Below, in pieces: positions 1 through 12,378 of a DNA stretch of 64,000 bases. The notes under the pieces are model-generated. The model was not told the origin of the DNA and did no database searches. It saw nothing but the letters and a program-made list of their open reading frames with translations. This DNA comes from Octopus sinensis. Taxonomy: Eukaryota. The number at the start of each line of letters is the position of its first letter. Within the stretch, counting starts at the first letter, position 1. Location: assembly GCF_006345805.1 (NCBI RefSeq), contig NC_042998.1, positions 131,750,001 through 131,814,000 of the forward strand. The letters run 5' to 3'. Position numbers and translations under genes: made by a program.

Positions 1-70
1 GTTGCGGAGCACTGGTTTAGAGTACCAATTCTGATCTACGTATTTTGTGGCTTGCTGTCAAATATTATCA

Positions 71-245
71 GGCGGCGAGCTGGTAGAATCGTTAGCACGC
101 CGGGTAAAATGCTTAACAACTTTTCGTCTGTCTTTACAACGATCTGGGTTCAAATTCCGCCAAGGTCGATTTTTGCTTATTACCCTTTTGGGATCGATAA
201 AATAAGTACCAGTTGAGATCTGGCCTTGTGCCAACATTCAAAACC
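71..245 (+). mobile_element. tRNA-derived SINE, family B (GGCGGCGAGCTGGCAGAA head), diverged copy
   Basis: A-box-like head, GTTCAAATTCC B-box, then GGTCGA...GATAAAATAAGTACCAG body shared with many copies in the window. Confidence 0.85.
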
Positions 246-439
246 AATAAGTAGATACTATGTATTATAGGATATCGGGTATTGATTTATTTGCCCGGAG
301 ATCTATATTGCTGTTAAAACTGCTCCGATTCTCTGTCTCACACATGCATGTTTTCAAAACTCTTGTAACTTATCCGAATAGAAATAGCAACCAAATCTTC
401 CTCAAATCACCTACTGTCTTAGAAAAATTACATACACGT

Positions 440-660
440 GTTTGCGTGTCTGTGTTTGTCCCCCCAACATCGCTTGACGACCGATGCTGGTGTGTTTACG
501 TCCCCGTAACTTAGCGGTTCGGCAAAAAAGAGACCGATAAAATAAGTACTGGGCTTACAAAGAATAAGTCCTGGGGTCGATTTGATCAACTAAAGGCGGT
601 GCTCCAGCATGGCCACAGTCACATGTCTGAAACAAGTATAAAAGAGAAAAGAAAAGAAAG
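440..660 (+). mobile_element. 3' half of SINE family A, apparently inside an older repeat (about 370-775)
   Basis: TGTTTGTCCCCC...GGCGGTGCTCCAGCATGGCC...GAAACAAG and AAAAG tail; flanks resemble the repeat at 60925-61090. Confidence 0.8.
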
Positions 661-1366
661 AGATTAGTTAAGGTGACACTAGACGAATTATGACGGAATA
701 AATACGGGATGTTCACGTCTGGAATGTCTTTGATCATTGATCTGCTGGATCAAGGTTGGCTAGGCTCTAAAAAAATAATACCATCGTTATGTACAACTGA
801 GTTGTCTTTAGCTTATCGTTTATAATTTCCTTTCGTACGTTCTTTCTTTACGTGGGTATCTCGATCGATTTTTCGGTTTGTATGTTCCTGTGATAGTAAG
901 GTGATAATAGTAATGTGGTAGTTGTAATAGTGATGGTGGTAGTGGTGATGGTGGGGATAGTGGGGATGGTAGATGTCTAGCTTAGGTATTAGTCAAAGTG
1001 TTGAAGTATATTTTACTTCTTCCTAACACCTCACACTCATCATCACAACCCCAACTCACCCACTCACACATACTCTCTCTCCACTCGTCCACATTAACTT
1101 ACAGAGCAATATCTATGATTTCACTGTAGTTTATGTCATTGTTCAAAAACCGGTGGTGATGAGGTGGAATAGGCGGGGTCTCCCAGCCCACATATCCACT
1201 TTACTCTTTTTTTTCTTTATTATATGTTTTTATTTATTGGTCTTTCGTATTTGTTTCTCCTTTTATTTTGTTAAATGCTGTTTGATCGACGTCGTGGTGT
1301 CTGGTTTTCTCACGGCTATGTAGTTCGCTGATGGCTAGAAATGCCGTGTACCACTTATTTACGACT

Positions 1367-1430
1367 TTCATATCACACATGACATATATGCCCATAAATA
1401 TATACATATATATATTATATATATATATAT

Positions 1431-1519
<89 letters not shown>

Positions 1520-1576
1520 CTATATGTATATATTTATGGGCATTATATGTCATGTGTGATATGAATATATATAATA

Positions 1577-1630
<54 letters not shown>

Positions 1631-1667
1631 ATATATGTATATATATGTAATATATATATAGTATATA

Positions 1668-1706
<39 letters not shown>

Positions 1707-1952
1707 ACATGTATGTATATTTATATATGTATATATATATGTATATATTGTATATATATGTATATATATGTATATATATGTATATATATATATGTATATA
1801 TATATATGTATATGTATATATATAGATATATATATATGCCTATATATACATACATATATGCCCACATATATAGACATATATATGTGTGTGTATATATGTA
1901 TATATGTATGTGTGTGTATATATATATATGTGTGTGTGTATGTATATATGTA

Positions 1953-1985
<33 letters not shown>

Positions 1986-2280
1986 GCCCATATATATACA
2001 TATATATATACATGTCCATATATATACATATATATATATATCCATATTTATATGTGTGTGTATGTATACATATATATGTATGTATGTATGTTTCTATGTA
2101 TGTATGTATGTGTTCATATATATGTATACATACAACGATACATATCTATGTATACTTACGCATATATGTATATGTGTGTGTGTGTATGTCTATATGTATA
2201 TGTATATATATATATATTATATATATATGTGTGTGTGTGTGTATATGTATGTGTATGTTTGCATGAATATATGTATGTGT
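1367..2280. repeat. Compound (TA)n/(TG)n microsatellite with a fold-back at 1367-1565
   Basis: Direct inspection. Confidence 0.95.
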
Positions 2281-2984
2281 GAATTTGTTTCTATACATTC
2301 ATCTCTACGGTTAGCTGTCCACACCCACATATAACCGAATTCGATTTATTTTTAAGTTGAAAATATATTCTAAGTAAAAAGTCAACGCAATAGTTAATAT
2401 GTATATTTGTAGGCTTTAAAGATTCTATAAATACATACTAGTATATCTTTTTCATTTCTATTTTAACTCCCATACTGTGTTACGAAGGTTACATCTACAA
2501 AGCTTGTAAAATAGTTTTAGAGACATCAAATAAAGTAAATATACTAATAAATATAATAGGTATATACTAAACACTCAAACTCTATACATCGTGTAGTCAT
2601 CTGAATGTCTGACAGTTATGATAAAGGGAATATATTTTGTTGATGAGTTTTTAATAAGACTAAAACTTGTTCACCATATTCACCAAAGATCAGACACACT
2701 CTTCACTGTATGCTAGCGTTCAATTGTTTTTAATTGCTGTTAATTGATTTAAATTTTGAAGTGTTGTCCCTTGCATTTCTTGAACAGATTTAATCACTGT
2801 GATGAAAAAAAAAAAAAGCAGAAAAGAAATTCTCTACAAGAATAAATTACTCCTTTCGAATTTTTGGCCCATGTTCAGCAATTTTGAGAGGATTAGTAAG
2901 CCAATCTATCAAATTCACTTACAAAGTATTGGTCGATTCGAAAGAAAAATTAAAATAGAAGACACGTGCCCAGGTGCCATGCAG

Positions 2985-3200
2985 TGGAGCCACATGGCCT
3001 AGTGGTTAGAGCAGCGGACTCGCGGTCAAGGGATCGCGGGTTCGAATCTCAGATCGCGGGTTCGCCACAACTTTCTCTCACTCCTTCCTCTTGCAGCTCA
3101 CCTGCAACGTCCGGCGTCCCGTCCAGGTGGGGAACCTATACGCCAAGGAAACCGGGAAACCGGCCCTATGAGCCAGGTGTGGCTCGAGAAGGAACAAAAC
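2985..3200 (+). mobile_element. tRNA-derived SINE (third family) nested in a minus-strand family A SINE (about 2900-3250)
   Basis: TGGCCTAGTGG A-box and GGTTCGAATC B-box; host SINE interrupted at GCAGTG and resumes ACTGAGCCC. Confidence 0.75.
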
Positions 3201-3544
3201 TGAGCCCAGGACCATTGATTGGGAGGTAAACAACTTACCACAGAGCCACGAGATTTTCAAGCGCTTCTTTTAAATTCAAAAATGCAATCTTTATATATGA
3301 TTCGGTGAGATTTCTCCATGACGCTTTTACTTAAATTAGGAAGCATACTATGTTCATTCAATTTTTGTTATTGTTCCCACTATCGAAACGTGCGCGTTTT
3401 ATACTAAAATTTCCTAAATTTTCTTTTACACATGTCCCAATGAAAACTGTAAGATTTGCTGATGATATGTTTAGTGAATCTGTTGTATCCCATCAACCCG
3501 TTAATACGGTGACTACTTTCCTGTCGGAGTTGTAATTCTATTGT

Positions 3545-4171
3545 TTGTTATTTTTTTATTGCCCACAAAGGGCTAAATATAGAGGTGACAGACAAAGGGA
3601 TTAAGTCGATTACATCGACCCAAGTGCGTAACTGGTACTTATTTAATGGACCCCGAAAGGATAAAATACAAAGTCGACCTCGGCGGAACTTGAACTCAGA
3701 ACGTAAAGACAAACGAAATGGCGCTTAGCATTTCGTCCGGTGTGCTAACGTTTCTTATTTCTTTATTGCCCACAAGGGGCTAAACATAGAGGGGACAAGC
3801 AAGGACAGACAAAGGGATTAAGTCGATTACATCAATCCCACTGCGTAACTGGTACTTATTTAATCGACCCCGAAAGGATGAAAGGCAAAATCGACCTCGG
3901 CGGAATTTGAACTCAGAACGTAACGGCAGACGAAATACCCATTTCTTTACTACCCACAAGGGACTAAACACAGAGAGGACAAACAAGGACAGACAAACGG
4001 ATTAAGTCGATTATATCGACCCCAGTGCGTAACTGGTACTTAATTTATCGACCCCGAAAAGATGAAAAGCAAAGTCGACCTCGGTAGAATTTGAACTGAG
4101 AACGTAACGGCAGACGAAATACCGCTGAGCATTTCGCTCGGCGTGCTAACGATTCAGCCAGTTCGCCGCCT
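3545..4171 (-). mobile_element. Trimeric head-to-tail SINE family B
   Basis: Three units of GTCGATT..ATC.ACCC..GTAACTGGTAC..GAACTCAGAACGTAA; complete head only at about 4171. Confidence 0.9.
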
Positions 4172-4770
4172 TTATTCTACTGTTTGTATTATTAGCTTGC
4201 TCAAGCCTACGAGCATTATGTTATTGAATTATGACAGGCAGCGAGTTGCTAGATTCATTAGCGAGTCGGATAGAATGCTGAGTGGTATTTTTTCTAGTCC
4301 TTTACGTCCTCTTCCAAATTCCGCCGAGGTTGACCTTGTCATTCATCAAATCGTGATCGATGAAATAAGTCCTAGTAAAATTGCTGGCTTTGTGCCAAAA
4401 TTTTAAAACATTATTGAATTATGAACCTACGAGAGAGACTTTGTGTAGATCTCGGACAGCATGAACAATGTTTTATAACAAGACAGACTCACTGGAGGGT
4501 AGTGTAGCATGAAATATCCCATAAACAGACAAGATGATCAAGATTTGGATATTGTTGATTCAAGTGACTGCACGATGTATTATAGAGATTGGGTGTTCTG
4601 TATATGCCTTTTGTACTTGCTATGATAGTTTTATTTGATGTCTTTAAAACTACTTTACAAGCTTTGTAGATGTATAACCTTCGCAACATAGCATGGGAGT
4701 TAAAATAGAAATGATAAAGAAATATATTTGGATATAGTCGATCTTAAGAGCTAGTTGAATAGCTAATATA

Positions 4771-4939
4771 GGCACAGGAGTGGCTGTGCGGTAAGTAGCT
4801 TGCTTACCAACCCCATGGTTCCGGGTTCATTCCCACTGCGTGGCACCTTGGGCAAGTGGCTTCTACTATAGCCTCGGGCCGACCAAAGCCTTGTGAGTGG
4901 ATTTGGTAGACGGAAACTGAAAGAAGCCCGTCGTATATA

Positions 4940-5032
<93 letters not shown>

Positions 5033-5203
5033 TGTGTGTGTGTGTATAGTTTGTGTGTCTGTGTTTGTCCCCCAGCATCGCTTGACAACCGATGGTGGTG
5101 TTTTTATGTCCCCGTAACTTAGTGGTTCGGCAAATGAGACCGATAGAATAAGTACTAGACTTCCAAGGAATAAGTCCTGGGGTCGATTTGCTCGACTAAA
5201 GGC
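4771..5203 (+). mobile_element. SINE family A (GGCGCAGGAGTGGCTGTGTGGTAAG head) with internal (TA)n(TG)n
   Basis: tRNA-like head, GGCACCTTGGGCAAGTG segment, internal microsatellite, conserved 3' half. Confidence 0.9.
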
Positions 5204-5384
5204 TGCAGCCATGCTGGTGCACCGCCTTGGAGAATTTCTAGTTGAATGAAACGACCTCAGTGCTATTTTTAAAGCATGGAACTTATTTTGTCGATATCTT
5301 TTGCCGAACAGCTACGTTACAAGGGTTGCTAAGTGATTGGTGTCAAGCGGTGGTGGGAAACACACACACACATTCTTGCTCTAA

Positions 5385-5592
5385 TTCATTTACTTGTTTC
5401 AGTCATTTGACTGCAGCCATACTGGAACACCGCTTTGAAGGGTTTTAGTCGAACAAATCGACCCCAGGGCTTATTTTTAAAGCCTAGTACTTATTCAGTC
5501 GGTCTGTTACGCCGAACCGCTAAGTTACGGGGACGTAAACGCACCTGCGTCGGTTGTTAAACGATGATGGAAGGACAAACACAGACACACAA

Positions 5593-5642
<50 letters not shown>

Positions 5643-6014
5643 TCATCATCATCATCATCATCATCATCGTTTAACGTCCGCTTTCCATACTAGCATGGTT
5701 TGGACGATTTGACTGAGGTCTGGCGAACCAGATGGCAGCACCATCTTGATCTGGCAGAGTTTCTACAGCTGGATGCCCTTCTTAACGCCAACCACTCCGA
5801 GAGTGTAGTGGGTTCTTTTACGTGCCACCGGCACGAGGGCCAGTCCAGCGATACTGGCAACGACCTTGCTCGGATGTTTTTTTTTCACGTGCCATGGCAC
5901 AAGTGCAGTAAGGCGACACTGGTAACGATCACGCTCGGATGGTGCTCTTAACGCTCCATATATATATATTATATATATATATATATTATATATATTTGTG
6001 GTGTATGTGGTGTG

Positions 6015-6083
<69 letters not shown>

Positions 6084-6281
6084 CACACATACACACAATA
6101 TATATATATATATATATATAAAGGGCTTCTTTCAGTTTCCGTCTACCAGATCCACTCGTAAACCTTTGGTCGGTCCGAGGCTATAGCAGAAAACACTTCT
6201 TCAAGGTGCCACGCAGTGGGACTGAACCCAGAACCATGTGGTTGGTAAGCAAGGTACATACCACACAGCCACTCCTGCGCC
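5385..6281 (-). mobile_element. SINE family A whose internal microsatellite hosts another SINE
   Basis: 3' half 5385-5600, 5' half 6122-6281 ending ACTCCTGCGCC. Confidence 0.85.
5641..5957 (-). mobile_element. 3' part of a SINE with (ATG)n tail
   Basis: Minus strand GGTTGGCGTTAAGAAGGGCATCCAGCTGTAGAAAC ... GGACGTTAAACGATGATGATG. Confidence 0.75.
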
Positions 6282-7199
6282 TATTATTCACTTTTTCTTA
6301 TTCTTTTTCAATGAGTATCCTTCGTTAGCTTTGTTTAGTATAATAGACACAGGAATCTCTACGGCTACAAACTAGATGGGTGAGAGGTTGTAGCCGATGT
6401 TAAGCACACTTAACATTGGTTGACAATCGGTGAGAGGCTGCAAAGATAGTCACAACCACACACAAACACACACATACACACACACACACTACGCGCTTCT
6501 TTCAGTTTCCATCAACTAAATCCACTCATAAGGCTTTGGTCGGCCCGAGGCTATAGTAGAAGACACTTGTCCAAGGGCCACGCAGTAAGGCTGAACCCGG
6601 AACCGTGTGGCTGGGAAGCATGCTTTTTACCACACAACCATACCTGCGCTAATCTTTTTTTTTATTTTTTAATTCTACGCCTTTTACCACAAATGAATAT
6701 ATTTAAAGACGCATTTGGTGGTATTTGATTCTGTAATTCTATGTTAAAGCAAACTCGATCGCGAAATCGTTTTTTCGAAACATTGCAAAGCAGAATCAAC
6801 AACAATTAAATGTTTTCATAAATAGGCTTGCTTTAAATGATGAGAGAGAAATGATTACAGAGTTAGTGAGAGTGGAAGATAATATGAAGACTGAGGTAAC
6901 ATAAAGGTTTCGAGTACATCGATAATTGCACTGATCCATTAACAGAAGAAGCACAGCTTAAATATTCACTAAGCTCTCATATTTTATTAACTTGCACTTT
7001 GGCTTCGTCTACACTATATACGTTGTTCAGAAAGTATAAACACATCCGCTTCTCAATCCCGGTTTATCAATCTCCACTAGTAACGAAACCGAATAAAAAT
7101 TCAGTTACATATGTATGATTTGATATTCTATATTCGTTTCCTAGTGAGTAAGCCGAGATTAAACCACAAATATGTGTATGATGTGTGTGTGTGTGTGTA

Positions 7200-7232
<33 letters not shown>

Positions 7233-7462
7233 GAGAGAGAGAGAGGGAGAGAAAAGTAAAGAGATTTAGCGCTAAGCTACAAGGTCGTACGTAGGTGTAC
7301 GTCGAAAGACATTGATGCTCAATAGAAAAAGTGAAACGTAAGTGAATATAACGATATGTCTCTATTTTAAATAACTGGCAAGCCTGGATAATAATGCAAC
7401 GTGTGTATATAAATATATATAGATAGATAGATAGATAGATAAAACTTATGTATGTATGTATG

Positions 7463-7530
<68 letters not shown>

Positions 7531-7532
<2 letters not shown>

Positions 7533-8958
7533 TGAGAAAGTTGGTGTGTGAAAGCACGTGGTTGAATATATAGAAAATAGTAAAAAGTGAAAAAACTACA
7601 GAAGGCTTGTTTTAAAAGGTTAAAAAATATATATTTGAGTCATTATGTCTGAAGAATGTTATAAATTTTTTTCATACAATGACATAGTTTTTGAAGAAAT
7701 GACCGGTTTCGCGTTCAGCTTTTCAAATTTCTTACATCTTTATGTTTACGTTGAGAAGTGTTGAGAAGAGTTCCAGATAACGGGAGGTAATAAGTGATTT
7801 CTTCCGGTGTAAGGGAGATAATCGCTTAATATTTCTTGCCTTTTTTTGGGAGTGTATAAGAATGCTGGAATGGTTAAGTTTGGGCTTGTATTTTTCAATG
7901 AAGAATGTTTCCTTGTTTAGTCTAATTTGCGTTGGTGTTCCGATAGCACATTGGTAAAATGGAAAGATTAAAAATTGTGGTAGTAGTTGCTTTGCGCATT
8001 TCTCAATGTGCTCACTAAAGGGTATCATTCTGTATTCTGGGAATGCAATCTGTTGTCGATGCAGTGTGCATCTACGTCTGAGTGATAGTCCCGTGGACCC
8101 CACGTAGTTTTGGTGGCAGCCCGAGCATTTTATGACATAAATTATGTCTTCAGAGGCACAAGTAAAATTAGATTTGATCTTGAATTTCTGTCCCTCTTTG
8201 AAGAGGAATTCTGATCATTCTAGAATCTAGCAGGTTTGGACATGTTGCACAGTTCGATCTACCACATTTTTTTACTTTTGCATCCGTAATTTCAGAAAAC
8301 AATTTTGCCTTTGTGAGAATCTTTTTAAGTGATTTAGGTTGTTTGTAGCTTTTAAGGATTTGGTGTATGTTTAGAATTTCCTTTAATTTGGGGTCCTTAT
8401 GAAGTATTGGTAAATTCTGGGTGATGATGGTGAAGGCTTCTTTGTTTCTGGGGTTGCATGTGGATATTTAAGGTAGTATTTTCGGGGAAGGTGTGTTGTT
8501 GTGTTGAACTTTTCTCAAAGTTTCTATGTTGATTTCTGTTGCACGTCTGATCCCATCCTCTATGAGTTGAGCTGGGTAATGTCTGTCAATTAGGGTGTTT
8601 TTGAGTTCTTGCAGTCTAAAGTTCCTGGTATTTTGTTCTGACACTATTGTGCATATCCTTCTTGCAAGGTTGAAGGGGATGTTTGTTTTAGTGTGTCTTG
8701 GGTGGCATGAATCAAAAAGTAGGTATTGTTTGGCGTCTGTGGCTTTGTAAAAAATGTCTGTTTCTATTTTAAGGTTAATTTTTTTAATTAGTATATCCAA
8801 GAATGGGAGCTCCTTTTTGTTGTATTCCATTGTGAACCGTATATCTGGGTTTATGCTGTTCAATAGGTTTTGAATTTTAGGAGTTTATCTGTGTTTTCAT
8901 TCCAGAGTATAAAACAATCGTCCAGGAATCGTTTCCAATTCTCTTTTATGTATTGAGT
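7531..8958 (-). mobile_element. 5'-truncated Penelope-like element: RT C-terminal half, GIY-YIG endonuclease and 3' UTR, frameshifted
   Basis: WKRFLDDCFILW (RT catalytic), LPFLD, YL.F.SCHP.H, IYVIKCSGCHQNYVGST, LRRRCTLHR, ETFFIEKYKPKLN; ends in (TA)n. Confidence 0.92.
7694..7733 (-). ncRNA. Minimal type I hammerhead ribozyme, U3-A8 variant, in the PLE 3' UTR
   Basis: AAGAAAU UUGAAAA GC-UGAAC-GC GAAA CCGG UC AUUUCUU: 7-bp stem I, palindromic stem III. Confidence 0.75.
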
Positions 8959-10015
8959 TTGTGTCCACTTCATCTATGGCTAGTAGGACATCTTTTTCGC
9001 TAATGTCAATACATTCTATTGTAACCGCCTCGCTGGTTATAGGTGAGGCAGTAAAGAAGTCCACTGGTCCGTTCACTTGTCTGTGTTCCAACGGGGTGGT
9101 AAAGACACTTTTGAACTGGTCATTCAGCATCTCACTGATCATAGTCGGACTGTCTGTGAGGGAGCCATCCTTTTGGAGGAGGGGTCCTATCTTGTAGTGC
9201 ACTGAGACTGTTTCTTTCGCGTAATGAAAGAAGGCCTTTGGGTTTGATTTAATGTTTTTTATAACCCAGGCTTCTTTGTCTGCTTTCTCCTTCACATTGG
9301 CTCGTTGCAGCCTTTTTTCGATCTCCATCAGTGTTGTTTTTAGGCGGGACGTTTCGCTACTTTTGGGATGTTGGTTGAGACGATTTGCAACCTTCGTCCG
9401 TCGTCTCATGACATACGGCTTGCACAGAAGACATGAAACATTCTAGTTTCATGCCAATGTCTGATGTGGAGAGACATTCCGGCCAGTCCTCTCTGAGGAT
9501 CTCTTTTTGGATCAATTTCCAATCTGCTTTGTGGAAGTTCAGATTGGAGAGATTTCGGCTGCTTCCTTTAGGCTGTATGTCTCTGGTTACTTTTGGCCCA
9601 AACATAGACAGCTCTGTTATGTTGTGATCCGAAACTGATGTCGGTGTCACTTTCACATCATGAATAATGTCCATATTGTTCGTGAAGCAGAGATCCAGAA
9701 TGTTATTCGCCCTAGCTGGCTTGAGTACAACTTGCTCCATGAATAAGGCATTGGTGAGGTTAAGCAGGGACTCCACCTGTACTTGCTTGCAATGATTCAT
9801 TCCTGAAAGTATGTGACCTTCGGGCCATTTGACGTTGGGGAAGTTGAAATCACCCATAAGAAATATGGTCACGTGGTGTTCCAGATTCATGAGGATTTCT
9901 TTAATTCTTGTGAGGCAATCTTCAAACTTGCCTATGTGATTTGGGGCATCCGGTGGGCAATATGTATTGCATATGACTATATTATGTTGTCTTATGTATA
10001 CAATTAAGGTGTCAC
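8955..10015 (-). mobile_element. CR1-like LINE ORF2 fragment (APE endonuclease and linker), pseudogenised
   Basis: MGDFNFPNVKW, NILDLCFTN, SDH, NFHKADW, IKSNPKAFFHY, LNDQFKSVFT. Confidence 0.9.
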
Positions 10016-10036
10016 ATACCGAATTATGTTATATAT

Positions 10037-10100
<64 letters not shown>

Positions 10101-10115
10101 GAATTATGTATATAC

Positions 10116-10186
<71 letters not shown>

Positions 10187-10249
10187 CATATACATATACA
10201 TATATATACATATACATATATATACATATACATATATATTCATATATAT

Positions 10250-10280
<31 letters not shown>

Positions 10281-10282
10281 TA

Positions 10283-10535
10283 TTATCCTTCGAAACGTTT
10301 AGTAGATGAAACTTTAGCGACTGAAGAAGGGGATTTTTCGTTGTGCTTATTGTCCTGTATCTCCTTTTTTTTTTTTTTTTTTGCCTGTCTTGTTCCTTGG
10401 TTTGTGTCTATGTTTTTCGTCTCTCTATGTGTTCGACGTCTTTTTGGTGTCCTGTACACATATATGCGTGGTATATGTACATGTAGAGGTAGGTACGTAC
10501 ATATATGTTTATATATATGCATATATTTTATTAAC
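10283..10535 (+). mobile_element. Dispersed repeat embedded in (TA)n, probably a PLE-type terminal fragment
   Basis: Homologous minus-strand copy at about 24750-25145. Confidence 0.65.
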
Positions 10536-10538
10536 ATA

Positions 10539-10596
<58 letters not shown>

Positions 10597-10714
10597 CATA
10601 TAATATATATATATACATATAATATATATAACATATAAATATATATATATAATATATATATATATTATATACATATAAATATATATATATAATATATAAT
10701 AATATATATTATAT

Positions 10715-10776
<62 letters not shown>

Positions 10777-10787
10777 TATTATATATA

Positions 10788-10857
<70 letters not shown>

Positions 10858-10858
<1 letters not shown>

Positions 10859-11165
10859 TCGGTTAAGTAATTGAGATTCTAATGAATTCTAAAGAATTCA
10901 CATGAATATGGTCCTTAACTAGGATGCACCGGATATCTATATGGTGTTAACCATACGACAAGTGGGGTGATTATAAATAGGAAAAAAGCAACAAGAATGG
11001 ATTAAAATCTCGGTACGATCGTTTCGTACGAGGACATCTTTAATAAGCTACAAAAAATGCAGTGAATACAGATGGCTCGTACTCGTCAGCCGAAAAAATA
11101 TCAGAGAATTCCCAAACATCAAAAGGGGTAGATACAAAAGAGGTTGTAAGATTAACTGCATTGAT
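10858..11165 (-). mobile_element. About 305-bp hairpin-rich HHR-bearing cassette inside (TA)n
   Basis: Flanked on both sides by (TA)n, no meaningful ORF, contains the HHR at 11008-11095. Confidence 0.7.
11008..11095 (-). ncRNA. Type I hammerhead ribozyme with canonical core and extended stem II
   Basis: UUUCGG CUGACGA GUACGAG...CUCGUAC GAAA CGAUCG UA CCGAGA. Confidence 0.85.
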
Positions 11166-12378
11166 ATATATATATATATATATTGTTGTATTTCGAGATG
11201 GTCAATTTTTCTTCTTTTTTTTTGCCAAATATCTGTTTCACATCAGAAATCTTGCAAAACGAATTGATAAACGTGTGTATGTGTGGAGAGAGAGAGGGGA
11301 GGGGGAGATACTACGAGATTCTTTCAGTTTCCGTCTACCAAATCCACTCACAAGGCCTTAGTCGGTTGAGGCTAAAGTAGAAGACACTTGCCTAAGTTGC
11401 CACGCAATTTTAAACAAAACTTTTTTTTTCACGGACTCTTATAATACTACCACGGATCTCCAATTGATAATTTTGCTTGCATGAACCACACAAAGTCTTA
11501 GGAGTGATATGGACTCTTAGGAGTTATAGATGAAGATACAGTGGATAATGTTTAACTATTTGGTCGACGCTGACCCGAGGCTAAACAACAACAACAACAA
11601 CAGCAACAACAGCAGCAGCAGCAGAAGTAGTAGAAGCAGCAACAACAACAAAAACCCAAAGTCAACTACACCATCACCACCAATACCACTAACATCGACA
11701 CCAACACCGTTCTATGTTCTTTGCTCCATCTGCCATTTCCTTTCCGGCCTAATGGCTGCTTCGACTGTACTTTAACCTTTGAACCCTGACTGCTTATTAG
11801 GTCAAATCAACACTAGAGTAACATCTAAGCTGAATTTAACAGACTGCTTTCACATTATAATTCTTATCTCTTCACTCTTCACCGTCTGCTTTTAGTCTTA
11901 ATCCTGATTTTTTTTTTTGTTGTTTTTATTTTCTTTGGTTTTTGTTAGTTTTACTACTGACGGAGGCGGAGCGCGAGGGATAGCGAAAGACTTGAAGAGT
12001 AGGGATCTCCACTTCTTCCTCTGTCGCTAACTCTCTCTCTCTCCCTTTCTCTCTTCCTCTCCTTTCCACTTTACTTCCTTGCCCCCTCCCTCTCTTTCTC
12101 TCTCTCTCTCTCACTTTCCCCCTTATGTCTTGTGCTTTACTATATAGCTATCTTTATGTTCCTTTGTGTGTGAGTGTGTATGTATGTGTGTTCGTGAGAG
12201 AGAGAGAAAGAGAGAGAGAGAGATAGTAGAAAGGGATATACGAAGATATATATATGTATGTATGTATGTATCTGTTCATATATTTCTTTATGCTCACACA
12301 CACACACACACACACGTAGACAGACAGACGGACAGACAGATAGATAGACAGACAGATAGATAGACAGACAGATAGATG

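Noticed and set aside
1368-2334. Long ORFs rich in YI, CV or HT dipeptides, here and throughout the window
   Set aside because: Translations of (TA)n and (TG)n microsatellites, which lack stop codons
2985-3052. tRNA gene
   Set aside because: A and B boxes are present but there is no closing acceptor stem and it continues into a SINE body
3545-4171. CRISPR-like array
   Set aside because: Eukaryotic SINE multimers with no unique spacers
10286-10332. GAAAC...CTGAAGA as a type II hammerhead (also 24968-25014, minus)
   Set aside because: Core words are in permuted order but no stem I can be formed
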